DNA of 63,083 nt, filler included, from Octopus bimaculoides (Eukaryota), in the NCBI RefSeq assembly GCF_001194135.2. It is 8 parts of 8 records of this genome, joined end to end, with 100 filler letters (N's around TTAATTAATTAA, not from the genome) between each part and the next. Parts side by side here need not be neighbours in the genome. Positions count along the whole stretch, not along the records: positions 62,083 to 63,083 come from NC_068994.1; 7 more parts are not named here. One strand, 5' to 3'. The position numbers and the translations under genes were made by a program. The notes below the pieces were generated by a model that was given only the letters and a program-made list of their open reading frames with translations, did not search any database and had not been told where the DNA came from. This document shows positions 62,591 through 63,083 of the stretch, one piece after another (positions within the stretch are counted from its first letter, which is position 1; each line of letters starts with the position of its first letter).

Positions 62591-63083
62591 AGGAAGAGAT
62601 GAAATAAATTGTGGAAAATTGTAGTGATTGTAATAAAAAAGTGAATAATGGATATAATGTAAAGTGGATGAGGGGGGTGGGGTAAAAAAAAAGTGTTGCA
62701 TTGTCGTAAAGGGGAGAGTCATAAGGAGGAGGGGGTTGTGTTGAGTCCGAAGGGGAAAGATGATCTAAGGTTAAAAATATAGCGCTGTTCCAAGTGGAGT
62801 CGCGATACCTACCTATATATATATATACTTGTGTATATAAGATTGACCAGTGACCGGTCTGTCAAAATGCTAGAAGAAGCTCACTTAAAAAATTCTCAAA
62901 TACGGATTCAGCGGAGCAAAAACAGGCGGTCTAGACCAGTGAAAATTGTACATACCTCGATTATCTGCAGACTATAGTTTCAAAATCAACACTTTCAAAA
63001 TAAAAGTGTCTATTTATCTTCAGTACAGATTGCCGATATTTTTACAATCGAACAGAATCTCGTGCTAGTTGTCTTCAACTAGT

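Noticed and set aside
159-62722. Long ORFs in the track rich in I/L/Y/K/R, HT, CV, MYVC or X
   Set aside because: They are translations of microsatellites and N gaps, not genes.

Overview
This is AT-rich, microsatellite-dense animal genomic DNA with no prokaryotic features. The SINE and LINE repertoire looks like that of a coleoid cephalopod, most likely Octopus (inference from pattern recognition, not a database search). The window is a draft assembly: eight pieces joined by seven identical artificial 100-bp linkers (N44-TTAATTAATTAA-N44), plus many ordinary N gaps, so adjacency across linkers is uncertain. Almost all ORFs in the track are microsatellite or gap artefacts. The only well-supported host gene is two in-frame minus-strand exons (59198-59329, 58243-58350) encoding the TM anchor and Cys-rich N-terminal domain of a FAM69/DIPK1-family divergent kinase. 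The rest is decayed mobile DNA: R4/Dong-like, RTE, CR1 and Tx1/L1 LINE fragments, two Tc1 relics, a Penelope-like GIY-YIG fragment, an internally deleted Helitron, several MITEs and dozens of tRNA-derived SINEs. The most interesting theme is retroelements partitioned by microsatellite type. R4/Dong copies sit in (AAT)n arrays, a divergent R4-like family sits in (TACA)n, and hammerhead-ribozyme-bearing elements abut (TA)n. One hammerhead has an intact catalytic core and an unusually long stem II insertion. A second, minimal family has a non-canonical core.
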